NCBI GenBank assembly: GCA_965209055.1
Contig: OZ242374.1
Span: 5,408,001 to 5,472,000 of the forward strand
DNA length: 64,000 nucleotides
DNA from: Acidobacteriota bacterium
GTDB lineage: Bacteria; Acidobacteriota; UBA6911; RPQK01; JAJDTT01
Reading direction: 5' to 3'
This document shows positions 39,528-48,609 of the stretch, one piece after another. Made by a program: the position numbers and the translations under genes. How positions within the stretch are numbered: position 1 is the stretch's first letter; every line of letters starts with the position of its first letter. The notes under the pieces are model-generated. The model was not told the origin of the DNA, ran no database searches, and was given only the letters and a program-made list of their open reading frames with translations.

Positions 39528-39689
39528 CAGTCCGTGGTGAAAGTCCTTCGAGCACCGAGACCGTTCCTGCGCCCGCCGGACAAGGCGCTATGGGCGCGCA
39601 TACCGGGAGTATGTGCCTGAATCGCAACGCCGTCCGCGCCTGTGCAGGGACGGTCGAATGCCGTGATGACTTTTGCCACGGGCTGCTAG
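39524..39689 (+). mobile_element. 166-bp MITE-like element with 22-bp terminal inverted repeats ending in CTAG
   Basis: CTAGCAGTCCGTGGTGAAAGTC ... GACTTTTGCCACGGGCTGCTAG (3 mismatches); non-coding; second copy at 25496-25660. Confidence 0.75.
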
Positions 39690-39820
39690 GATCGGAGTCT
39701 CTGACGTGGGGCAATCCGGTGGCGGATCCAAACTCCTGATTCAATCCTTTTGCGGTTTCTCGTATCGAGTTCTCCGTCGCTAGCGCACACGGCTGTGTTT
39801 CACGATCTCCGGCAACGGGC

Positions 39821-40471
39821 TCAGGAATCCGATAGATCCATATTACTCAGGCTTCTCTCCAAGGACTTTTGGACGTTAAACCGAATCGCCTCTGGAAGGC
39901 CTCTCTTGTTCTCCCGGTTGCAGGCCTCCAGAATGTCCCTGTGTTCCCCGAGTTCTTCTTTAACTCGTTGGGCGTCGTGAGTCTGTATCGTGCGATAGCG
40001 AGTGCTACGGTCCCACAGTTCATTAAGCAGTTCCAATAGTAGCGGTCGCCGACAGGCTTGGTAGACCGTAAAGTGAAACTTACGGTTGAGGTTGAAGAGC
40101 GAGCGAAAATCATTCCGTTCGGTTGCAGACTTCATCCGGGCAAACAGGGTCTCCATCGTCTTGACATCTCTTTGAGTCAGTCGTTTCGATGCCAATTGTG
40201 CGGCCAGCTCCTCCAACTCGATTCGAATTAGATATACATCCTCGATTTCCCGAAGAGACAATTCGTTCACATAGGCGCCACGATGCGGAATGATACTGAT
40301 GAATCCCTCCGACTGCAATTGCTTAAACGCTTCACGCAAAGGGATGATACTGATTCCCAATTCCTCGGTGAGCTGCTTCTGGTTAATACGCTCACCCGGC
40401 CTGAACTTTCCGGAAAGTATTGCCTGACGAATCTCGTTGAAAGCAATCTCGCTGACCGTCGTGTAACCCAT
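39821..40471 (-). CDS. GntR-family transcriptional regulator (FCD domain)
   Basis: wHTH IRQAILSGKFRPGERI...LGISIIPLREAF; FCD motifs NRKFH and EHRDIL. Confidence 0.95.
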   Translation of the reverse strand: MGYTTVSEIAFNEIRQAILSGKFRPGERINQKQLTEELGISIIPLREAFKQLQSEGFISIIPHRGAYVNELSLREIEDVYLIRIELEELAAQLASKRLTQRDVKTMETLFARMKSATERNDFRSLFNLNRKFHFTVYQACRRPLLLELLNELWDRSTRYRTIQTHDAQRVKEELGEHRDILEACNRENKRGLPEAIRFNVQKSLERSLSNMDLSDS

Positions 40472-40877
40472 CTATTCACCTTTTTAAATAAAAGCCACAA
40501 AATATCTGCACAACACCAAGTTCTTCCTTCAGCCAAGACATGATACCAGCCCATTCACCACCGTGTCGTCCGCGCCCACTGCGAGGTACGTCTCCTCCAG
40601 TGCCCCCTCTCAGCCGCAGTTCCTGCGCCCGACTCTCTTCCAAGTCCCGATACTTGTCCCGGAACAGCCGTAATACCGTCATCTCCCGCTCCACGGCTCA
40701 CGAAGGACCTGGCTGCATCCCCGCTTCCTCTCTGTCGGGGGAACTACTGATCCTGCCCGGCCCCTTCCGGGATCGGACAGATCACGTGCCCAAAGACCGG
40801 ACACTTCACGCACCAACGACACACCGGCAGGCGACCACTTTGACATACTCGCCGGGTCTTTCTAGACTCTCTCCTCA

Positions 40878-42029
40878 ATGACTGGATCCTTATACTTTAT
40901 TAGACTCTCAGGAAGTAGTAGGCAGCGTGGCCTCCAACACGGCCGCCAATTGCGTGAGCCCATTCAGACCGCGATCGACTTTTACCGGGAGCTGTTCAGC
41001 AGACATCTGAGCATCGATTCAGCGGAAATTCGAAGGAGGGCCGCGCGCTTCATCGAGCCGACCGCCCGGACCAGTCCCGAGCTCCTGGCTGAGTATGAAG
41101 GAATAGCTGAGGGATCGGGCCAGACACTGGAAGACATTTTCGCACTCTCCGGCCGTTACGAAATCACTTATGAATCGATTCGACTTGGAGAATGCTCGAA
41201 TGTTTTCGTAGGCCCTCAGTGCATGGCCCAGGGACACACGCTGCTGGGTCAGAATTGGGAGTGGAGACCGGAGGTGATGGCTTTTCGAGCCGTGATTATC
41301 GCCCGCTGCGACGATCTCCCGGATCACATCATGGTGACCGAATGCGGACAGCCTGGGAAATACGGCCTGAACGAATATGGACTTGGAGTAGCCGAAACCG
41401 GTCTTTCCTGCGCCAGCCAGAGGAGCGTTGGAGACAACCTGTTCGTGGTTGTGATGCGAAAGATGCTGGCTTGCCGGGACCTGGACCAAGCCCGGCAAAT
41501 GGTTCATCGATATCCTCCGGAGGCCACCATCAGCTTTTTCGCCGCCGACAGTCGAGGTCACGGATTCAATCTGGAGGCTCTCCCCTCCGGGATTGTCGAA
41601 CGAGAGTTTTCTGAGGACGAAATCGACTGGCACACGAATCACTCCCGCTTGACGGAGGAGCCGTGTCTGTTTGGAGATAGCTTGATTCGGGGCCGCCGTT
41701 GGGAAGAGCTTATCGATGCCGCGCGTCCTGTCACCGTACCCCTTCTGGGAAGGTGGCTGGCAGACTCCGCAAACGGATACAACTCAATTTGCCGAGCACC
41801 CGATCCGGAGCGAGCCCAGACCCCAACCTTTCTACAGACGCTCTGCTCAATTGTGCTTGACCTGACGACTCGCGAGATGTGGATCAGCGACGGCCTGTCT
41901 TCCCAAATGCCTTACCAGCGTGTCGGATTTGATGAGGAAGAGCGACGACCATCCTTCTTGGCCTTTGACCAGGAACAAATGACCCCAACGGGACCTGATC
42001 ACACCCGCCAACGAGCGTCGATGGAATGA
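40878..42029 (+). CDS. C45-family autoproteolytic acyltransferase/hydrolase (AAT-like Ntn hydrolase)
   Basis: RGLQHG, EYEGIAEGSG, ECS (putative nucleophile Cys), GQNWEW, GLNEYG, HTNH. Confidence 0.88.
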   Translation: MTGSLYFIRLSGSSRQRGLQHGRQLREPIQTAIDFYRELFSRHLSIDSAEIRRRAARFIEPTARTSPELLAEYEGIAEGSGQTLEDIFALSGRYEITYESIRLGECSNVFVGPQCMAQGHTLLGQNWEWRPEVMAFRAVIIARCDDLPDHIMVTECGQPGKYGLNEYGLGVAETGLSCASQRSVGDNLFVVVMRKMLACRDLDQARQMVHRYPPEATISFFAADSRGHGFNLEALPSGIVEREFSEDEIDWHTNHSRLTEEPCLFGDSLIRGRRWEELIDAARPVTVPLLGRWLADSANGYNSICRAPDPERAQTPTFLQTLCSIVLDLTTREMWISDGLSSQMPYQRVGFDEEERRPSFLAFDQEQMTPTGPDHTRQRASME

Positions 42030-42118
42030 GCCTGTTGCCTTTCTCTTTTCTCCGCTCCGCTGCTTTTTAACGCACGCTCGGAACATGTGCATTCACCCAG
42101 GATAGAGGAGTAGAGGCG

Positions 42119-43366
42119 ATGAGAATCACCGATCTTCATTGTATGCGCTTGCTGGGCCCGCGACCCCATGGGGGTGGTGGGAAGCCCGGCACCTTTTCCA
42201 AGCTCCTGGTCAGAATCGATACCGACGAGGGTAGTTACGGCCTGGGAGAGGCCGAAAACATGATGGGAGTAAAAGAGGGCATCGAATATCTAAGGGCATG
42301 GCTGATCGGCCGGGATCCAATGGCTGTGCGCCCCTTTTTCTCCGAAATGCTTTATGGGACCGTACCTCCCCATCCCAGATTTCGGGTCTATGACCCCATC
42401 CGTTTCGAGAAGACTTATCGCCCGTCCCTGATCTGCTCTCCGACGGCGACGCCGACCGGGCCCGTGATCTGGGCCCTTAGCGGAGTAGAGATGGCTTTAC
42501 TCGACCTCGCCGGCAAGATCCTGAATACTCCAGTCTACAACCTCCTGGGCGGACGGTATCGTGATCGGATACGCATCTACCTCGATCGGAGCGCTCCGGA
42601 AGCGGTCGACGATCTGGACGCTTGGAAGAAAATGGCCGAGGACTCGGTCAGGGATGGTTTTACCCAGCTGAAGTTCGACATCGACTATACGGCGTCTGAC
42701 CTCGTCGAAGACTTCTGGAACCGCTCCATCCCCCTTCGACAAATGAACGGGATGGTCCGAAGACTGAAGTCCGTTCGCCAGACGGTCGGGCAGGACGTCG
42801 AACTATGCGTCGATTGCCATATGCAATACAACGTCGTCGATGCCGTGCGGCTGGCGCAGGAACTGGCATTTCTCAAATTGATGTGGCTTGAGGATCCTAC
42901 TCCCATAAGCAATCCCCAAGCCTGTGCCACGGTCCGGGGAAAGAGTCCGATTGCCATCTGCATCGGAGAGATGTTCATCGCCGAGCAGTTCCGGCTCTTC
43001 ATCGATGCCGAAGCCTGCGACATCATCCATCCCGATGTCCTTTTCTGTGGGGGGCTGCAGGAAGGCAGGCGGATCGCCGACTACGCCGAGTTGCACTACC
43101 TCCCCATGGCCATGCACGGAAACGGAGGATGCCTGGCAACCATAGCCGCCGCGCACCTGGCAGCGGCCACCCGCAATTTTCTGGGTCTCGAATACCATTT
43201 TTGGGAGGCACAATGGGTGGGCCGATATGTGAACCGCGAAGGGGTTTCCCTCTTCAAAGATGGATACCTTCCCCTCACCGATGCCCCCGGTTTCGGAGTC
43301 GAGCTCAATGTGGAGGTCTGCCGCGAGCACTTGGCACCGGGGGAGACGTTGTTCTCCGAGCCTTAG
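42119..43366 (+). CDS. Mandelate racemase/muconate lactonizing enzyme family protein (enolase superfamily, probable acid-sugar dehydratase)
   Basis: IDTDEG..GLGE, SGVEMALLDLAGK, PVYNLLGG, KFD, VDCH, WLEDP, GE, PGFGVELN. Confidence 0.92.
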   Translation: MRITDLHCMRLLGPRPHGGGGKPGTFSKLLVRIDTDEGSYGLGEAENMMGVKEGIEYLRAWLIGRDPMAVRPFFSEMLYGTVPPHPRFRVYDPIRFEKTYRPSLICSPTATPTGPVIWALSGVEMALLDLAGKILNTPVYNLLGGRYRDRIRIYLDRSAPEAVDDLDAWKKMAEDSVRDGFTQLKFDIDYTASDLVEDFWNRSIPLRQMNGMVRRLKSVRQTVGQDVELCVDCHMQYNVVDAVRLAQELAFLKLMWLEDPTPISNPQACATVRGKSPIAICIGEMFIAEQFRLFIDAEACDIIHPDVLFCGGLQEGRRIADYAELHYLPMAMHGNGGCLATIAAAHLAAATRNFLGLEYHFWEAQWVGRYVNREGVSLFKDGYLPLTDAPGFGVELNVEVCREHLAPGETLFSEP

Positions 43367-43422
43367 CCGCCCTTCATTGTGTGGTAAAGAAAGCAGTATC
43401 CTGGAGACGAAGTGTACCCCGC

Positions 43423-44805
43423 ATGATCCTCCTGCTCATGGTTGCCATCGCCGTTTGGGCTCAGCCGACCGGTACCCTTGATCTGGCTCCGGCTGAGATC
43501 TATCCGTTCATCCCCCTGGAAACCCTGACGTCGGACTCGACCCCATCTTTTGACGAACTGACAGAAGCACCACCGGAAAACGATGTTTCCGGCTGGCATT
43601 TCCGTCTGGCCCGTCATTACCACCGCCGGGGTCATCCGATTGAGGCGGCCCGTCACGCCCGCCGTGCTGCGGAATTGCAGGGTGCGGAACCGTCCCACCA
43701 GTTGTTTCTGGCGAGTATCTACTGCAGGATGCAACGTTACGAGCTGGCCCGGACTGTCCTGGCAGGGGTTCTGTCCAGACAAGAACTCGCCTCCGAAGGG
43801 CGTATTCTGCTCGCCTACATCCTCCAGCAAACGGGTGAAATGGAGGCACAGCACGGACTGTTGCAGGAAGTCCTGAAATCCGATCCGCAAAACCCTTACG
43901 CCCTTTATCTCGCCGGAGTTTCATACTTTCGGCGCAATCGACACGAGAACGCGCTACAGACCTTCCAGGCTGCTGCCGTTGCAGGATTGGATCTGGCCGA
44001 GCTGCACTTCTATATGGGCCGGATCTATGCTCGGGATGCGGCGACTTTTGAACAAGCCATTCAGGCCTTTCAGCTTGCAGACCGATCCGACCGGGAGTCA
44101 CCAGAACTGAAGAAGGAGCTAGGCCTGATTTTCTATCGCACCGGCCGGTATCAGGAAGCGCTGGCAGAGCTCAGAGTAGCCGTTCAACTGCAGCCGGAGT
44201 TTCCCCAAGCCTTCCATATCATGGCCCAGGTCTATCAAAGAGTGAGCCGTCTCGAAGAGGCCGGACAGGCACTGGCACGCTATCAAGAGCTCACCCACAA
44301 TCAGGCGGTCCGCGAAAGCAACCGCAGGAGAGGCCAGATCGCCTATCAGGAAGGCCGAACTCAACTCTCGGAAAAAAGACTTGATGAGGCCTCCAGAAGC
44401 TTCCGGGAATCGCTTCAGTTCCTACCCGAAAAGGATGCATCCTATTATGCTCTGGCCAGTATCCACTATCGGCGGCGGAAACACGCCCAGGCCATCGAGT
44501 TGGTTCGCAGGGCTATTACAGTGAATCCCCTCATCGCCGATTACCACATTCTGCTCGCCGAGAGCCTGGACAAGAGAGGCGATTTCCGATCGGCTATCGA
44601 GTCGATGCAGAAGGCTCTACTCTTGTCGCCACCGAGGGCGCGACTTTCCAACTATCTGGGCAACCTGTGTTTCAGATCGGGTGACTATAGCTGTGCCGCC
44701 GATGCTTACCGAGCAGCGTCCGAGCTGGAACCGGGCAACCGATTCTATCGGATGAATCTGGAAAGTGCGTTGCGCCGACTGGCGCCATATGAGAGCAAGG
44801 AGTGA
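43423..44805 (+). CDS. Secreted tetratricopeptide-repeat protein
   Basis: Signal peptide MILLLMVAIAVWA and serial TPRs; start could instead be GTG 43381. Confidence 0.8.
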   Translation: MILLLMVAIAVWAQPTGTLDLAPAEIYPFIPLETLTSDSTPSFDELTEAPPENDVSGWHFRLARHYHRRGHPIEAARHARRAAELQGAEPSHQLFLASIYCRMQRYELARTVLAGVLSRQELASEGRILLAYILQQTGEMEAQHGLLQEVLKSDPQNPYALYLAGVSYFRRNRHENALQTFQAAAVAGLDLAELHFYMGRIYARDAATFEQAIQAFQLADRSDRESPELKKELGLIFYRTGRYQEALAELRVAVQLQPEFPQAFHIMAQVYQRVSRLEEAGQALARYQELTHNQAVRESNRRRGQIAYQEGRTQLSEKRLDEASRSFRESLQFLPEKDASYYALASIHYRRRKHAQAIELVRRAITVNPLIADYHILLAESLDKRGDFRSAIESMQKALLLSPPRARLSNYLGNLCFRSGDYSCAADAYRAASELEPGNRFYRMNLESALRRLAPYESKE

Positions 44806-44845
44806 TCGGTTTTAGCCTGTGAACCGAAATAATGTCCTGTATTCG

Positions 44846-45784
44846 TCATTCGGGAAACGGCTCCAACCACTGCGGCAGTTCATTCTGCATCCGGTTCCGG
44901 TAGGTTGCAAAGGCTTCCTCACCAGCCCCCAGATAAGGTGGTAACAGCCGGAGGGGAAACCCGGGATGATGGAGTTTGAATATCAGCTTATCGTAGGTGC
45001 CGTCCATGTGGCTTCCATTCATCTGCAGAGTTCGCAAGATACTCGAATGATGATGCAGGTCCTTGAGGAACTGCCTTAAACGCCCTTCATTCCTGCCTGT
45101 CTGTCCTAACTCGAAAAGTTCGCTGGCCAGCAGGCGGTTCGAAGCGGCGATGGCTATCAGCTGACCACACTTAAGGCCCTTGAGACTTGCTTCAGCATAC
45201 CCGATGTCACCGACGAAATGGCAAAGCTGGGGAGCCCGTTCAACGGCAGACCGGATCGTGGACATTCCAACTCGTCCGGCCCATTTGACCGCGACTAGAT
45301 TCGGATAACGTTCTGCCAGTACGGACAACTCCCCGGGGCTCAACCAGCGCAGCCCCCTGGGAACGTTATAGAAAAGAAAGGAACAGTCAGGATTTCGTCC
45401 GCAGGTTGTTTCGAAGAACAGGTCCCTTTCGAAATCATTCAGTTCTCCCCAAGAAGGAAACGACAGCTGAAAGCTGGCGAAACCGAGAGCCCGGCCCACC
45501 TGTATCCGTTCCTGGATCTGTGGAATAGCAAGGGCGATAATGCCCAGTTGTCTGAGGCTGGTCTTGCCTTCGGTTTCCTCGGCAAAAACACGGGAGATGC
45601 TTTCAAACTGATTCAGAGTCAGCGCGTAGCCTTCTCCCGCCGTACCGAACAAGTAAATGCTCGTCTGGTCCTTGGCCAGCTGGCCGCGGACGACATCTCG
45701 AAACAGGGATTCATCCAGTTCGAATCGATCGGTCCAGGGAAGTGCACAACTGCACAGGATACGGGGACTCAGCCTGAGTTTCAT
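44846..45784 (-). CDS. DapA/N-acetylneuraminate lyase-like class I aldolase family protein
   Basis: YLFGTAGEGY, FYN (Tyr), AVK (Schiff-base Lys position). Confidence 0.8.
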   Translation of the reverse strand: MKLRLSPRILCSCALPWTDRFELDESLFRDVVRGQLAKDQTSIYLFGTAGEGYALTLNQFESISRVFAEETEGKTSLRQLGIIALAIPQIQERIQVGRALGFASFQLSFPSWGELNDFERDLFFETTCGRNPDCSFLFYNVPRGLRWLSPGELSVLAERYPNLVAVKWAGRVGMSTIRSAVERAPQLCHFVGDIGYAEASLKGLKCGQLIAIAASNRLLASELFELGQTGRNEGRLRQFLKDLHHHSSILRTLQMNGSHMDGTYDKLIFKLHHPGFPLRLLPPYLGAGEEAFATYRNRMQNELPQWLEPFPE

Positions 45785-45920
45785 GTAAACGCTCGACGAA
45801 CCTATTGTATGATCTCTCTGGAAAACAGACAACGTAGAAGCCGGCGATGGTGTCCTTCCTCAGACCGGGCGAGCTGAACTTCTACAATCTTCGGAGGCTA
45901 CTCACGAGACGAGGACGTAC

Positions 45921-47636
45921 ATGAGCCTGCGAGTCTTGTTGGTCGTCGGATCACTTGTAGGACTATTTCCCACGGCTTTCGGTTCTGTTTCCCCATTCGA
46001 GCATCAGAGACCTTCCGGCGCTGAAAGTGAGGCGTTCAAGCCTGTCTTCACCGAGGTTACGGCTGCTTCGGGCATTCACTTCCGTCATCACAATTCACCG
46101 ACTCCTTCCAAGTACGTGGTCGAAACGATAGGTTCCGGGTGTGCTTTTTTGGACTACGACCGAGATGATTATCTGGATATTTTTCTGGTCAATGGGGGTC
46201 GGCTTCCTGGCGCCGAGAAAGGCGCGCCCCCGGATCACGCTCTCTACCGAAATCGAGGAGACGGGACTTTCGTAGAAGTCGGAAAGGAGTCGGGGATCGA
46301 ACGAAACCGTGCCTTCGGTCAGGGGATTGCAGTGGGGGACTACGACAACGACGGATTCGACGATCTGTTCCTCACCAATTTCAACGGACCGAACCTTCTC
46401 TACCGTAACCAGAAAAATGGGACATTCATGGAAGTGGCCGAAAAAGCCGGACTTACCTCCGACGGCCGGTGGAGTGCTGGAGCCGCCTTTCTGGACTACG
46501 ACAACGACGGGCGTCTCGATCTGTACGTGGCTCGCTACATCAACAACACTTTCGAGAACAACCTCAGATGTGGCTCTCTGGTCGACGACTCTCTGCACAC
46601 GTATTGTACCCCGGAGGTCTACGAAGGTGTCCCGGATCTCTTGTACCGAAATCACGGGAATGGGACTTTTTCCGACGTCACCGCCGCTTCCGGTCTGGCT
46701 CGTTTCGTCGGCAGCGGCCTGGGCGTCATCACGTTTGACTACAACGAGGACGGTTGGACAGATATCTACGTGGCTAACGACACGGATCCTAATTTCTTAT
46801 TTGAGAACGAAGGTGACGGAACCTGGAAGGAAGTAGCGATGTCCAGGGGAGCAGCAGTCGATGTGAACGGCAATGCGCAAGCCGGGATGGGGGTTGCGGC
46901 GGGCGATTTTGACAGAGACGGTCTGCCAGACCTGGCGGTCACCAACTTCGATTTCGAGTATCTGATCTTGTACCGGCAGCTCCCCGGGGGCTTCTTTGAG
47001 GATGCCAGTTCCCTAGCCGGGGTGGAGATTCCCAGCTCAGCCTACGTCGGTTTTGGGTTGGGGTTTTTGGATTTTGACAATGATTCGGATCTGGATCTCT
47101 TTGTGGCCAACGGTCATGTCTACGACAATGCCCATCGGGTTTTTCCCGGATCCAGTTACGAACAGCCGAAACTCCTTTTTGAAAATTCCCAGGGCAGATT
47201 TGCGGAAGTTGCCGCCCGTCACGGCGAGGCTCTGGTTCTGCCCCAGGTGAGCCGGGGCACCTGCTTCGGTGATTACGACAATGACGGAGACCTGGATGTT
47301 CTTGTCACCAATTCTGGTGCTCCTCCAATGCTGTTGCGGAATGACGGCGGCAATCGAAACAACTGGATTTCGTTGCGGCTGATCGGTACAGCGTCAAACC
47401 CCAATGGGATCGGCGCTCGGGTCAGATTGACACTGGACAACCTGGTATTGGAGTCCCAGGTCAGTGGGGGAGGCAGCTACTATTCCGCCTCGGACTATCG
47501 GCTGCACTTTGGCCTGGAGGATCGGGATGTCATCCGGCGCTTGGAGGTCTTCTGGCCTTCGGGAACCGTGGATGTGCGGACAAAGATTTCCAGTCGGCAG
47601 TTTCTTGTCATCCGAGAAGGGGAGAAGGGCGAATAG
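45921..47636 (+). CDS. CRTAC1-family protein (FG-GAP repeats plus ASPIC-UnbV)
   Basis: Signal peptide, DYDNDG repeats, GGGSYYSASDYRLHFGL...FWPSG. Confidence 0.93.
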   Translation: MSLRVLLVVGSLVGLFPTAFGSVSPFEHQRPSGAESEAFKPVFTEVTAASGIHFRHHNSPTPSKYVVETIGSGCAFLDYDRDDYLDIFLVNGGRLPGAEKGAPPDHALYRNRGDGTFVEVGKESGIERNRAFGQGIAVGDYDNDGFDDLFLTNFNGPNLLYRNQKNGTFMEVAEKAGLTSDGRWSAGAAFLDYDNDGRLDLYVARYINNTFENNLRCGSLVDDSLHTYCTPEVYEGVPDLLYRNHGNGTFSDVTAASGLARFVGSGLGVITFDYNEDGWTDIYVANDTDPNFLFENEGDGTWKEVAMSRGAAVDVNGNAQAGMGVAAGDFDRDGLPDLAVTNFDFEYLILYRQLPGGFFEDASSLAGVEIPSSAYVGFGLGFLDFDNDSDLDLFVANGHVYDNAHRVFPGSSYEQPKLLFENSQGRFAEVAARHGEALVLPQVSRGTCFGDYDNDGDLDVLVTNSGAPPMLLRNDGGNRNNWISLRLIGTASNPNGIGARVRLTLDNLVLESQVSGGGSYYSASDYRLHFGLEDRDVIRRLEVFWPSGTVDVRTKISSRQFLVIREGEKGE

Positions 47637-47695
47637 CACCAGCCGCGGAGCCACGGTCTGAATCGTCAAATGGAAGAGCCACAGGGGGTGAAATC

Positions 47696-48517
47696 ATGTC
47701 CTTGACCTTCATTCACATCACCGACACCCATCTGGGAACCACTTGCGACGAGCTGGTTTATTTTTACGCTCCCGGACAGGCCTTGAAGGCGGTATTGAAG
47801 CAAATCGCAGCCGATGGTGCTTATGATGCCTCTTTAATCGTCGATACTGGGGATATGATTCGGGACTGGTCGCATCCTTCGGCCTATGAAACAGGCAAAA
47901 AGATCTATGGTTTAGAAGAAAAGTCACCAGCTCCCGGACCTCTCAGGATGCGTGCCGAAGGAATGGATCTGCCCTGGTATTATGTTCCGGGGAATGTCGA
48001 CAACCGCCCAGAGTGCCGGAAAAGGCTATTTGCTCCAGATCCCGGAACGGCACTTTTCAACTACACGTGGAAGGTGCAGGGAATTCGCTTTCTCAGCCTG
48101 GACTGGGGAGCGTCCAGGACCAATCGTTACACGTTGACTTCCCAGTCCTTTAACTGGCTAAAGAAGCAACTGAATCAGAGCTGCCCTACTGTCATTCTCA
48201 CCCATCACCCTCCCGTGTCCATAGGCATTCCGATGTTTGACGAAATGACACCGCCGGATCTGAACCGTCTCCACGAACTCATTGCCGGTTCCCCGGTGCT
48301 GGCCATCTTTCACGGACACACCCACCATCCGTGGGAGAATCGGATTGACGGGATCCCGGTATTCGGAACCGGCTCGGTGACCTACAGGCGCTGTTTGCAT
48401 CACAACTACGGGCAGGGCATGGTGCTGGAGATCCATCCCCCACAGTATCGGGTCGTGACCATACACAGTGACGGTTCGGTGTCTGCCCCGATTCACGAAG
48501 TACCCTGGGGATCATGA
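47696..48517 (+). CDS. Calcineurin-like metallophosphoesterase (CpdA/Icc-like)
   Basis: HITDTH, TGD, PGNVD, THH, HGHTH. Confidence 0.88.
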   Translation: MSLTFIHITDTHLGTTCDELVYFYAPGQALKAVLKQIAADGAYDASLIVDTGDMIRDWSHPSAYETGKKIYGLEEKSPAPGPLRMRAEGMDLPWYYVPGNVDNRPECRKRLFAPDPGTALFNYTWKVQGIRFLSLDWGASRTNRYTLTSQSFNWLKKQLNQSCPTVILTHHPPVSIGIPMFDEMTPPDLNRLHELIAGSPVLAIFHGHTHHPWENRIDGIPVFGTGSVTYRRCLHHNYGQGMVLEIHPPQYRVVTIHSDGSVSAPIHEVPWGS

Positions 48518-48609
48518 AGTGATCTTGTCTCTGTGGATGAAACTTCGGTCTGATCTTGCCGGCAGGTTGGAAGAGGACGGCTCAAGATCGATCCGGTTTC
48601 ACAACCGAT

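Noticed and set aside
44846-45784. Calling this gene nanA or dapA, and the BNR genes nanH
   Set aside because: Only fold-level motifs match; specificity residues differ or cannot be verified
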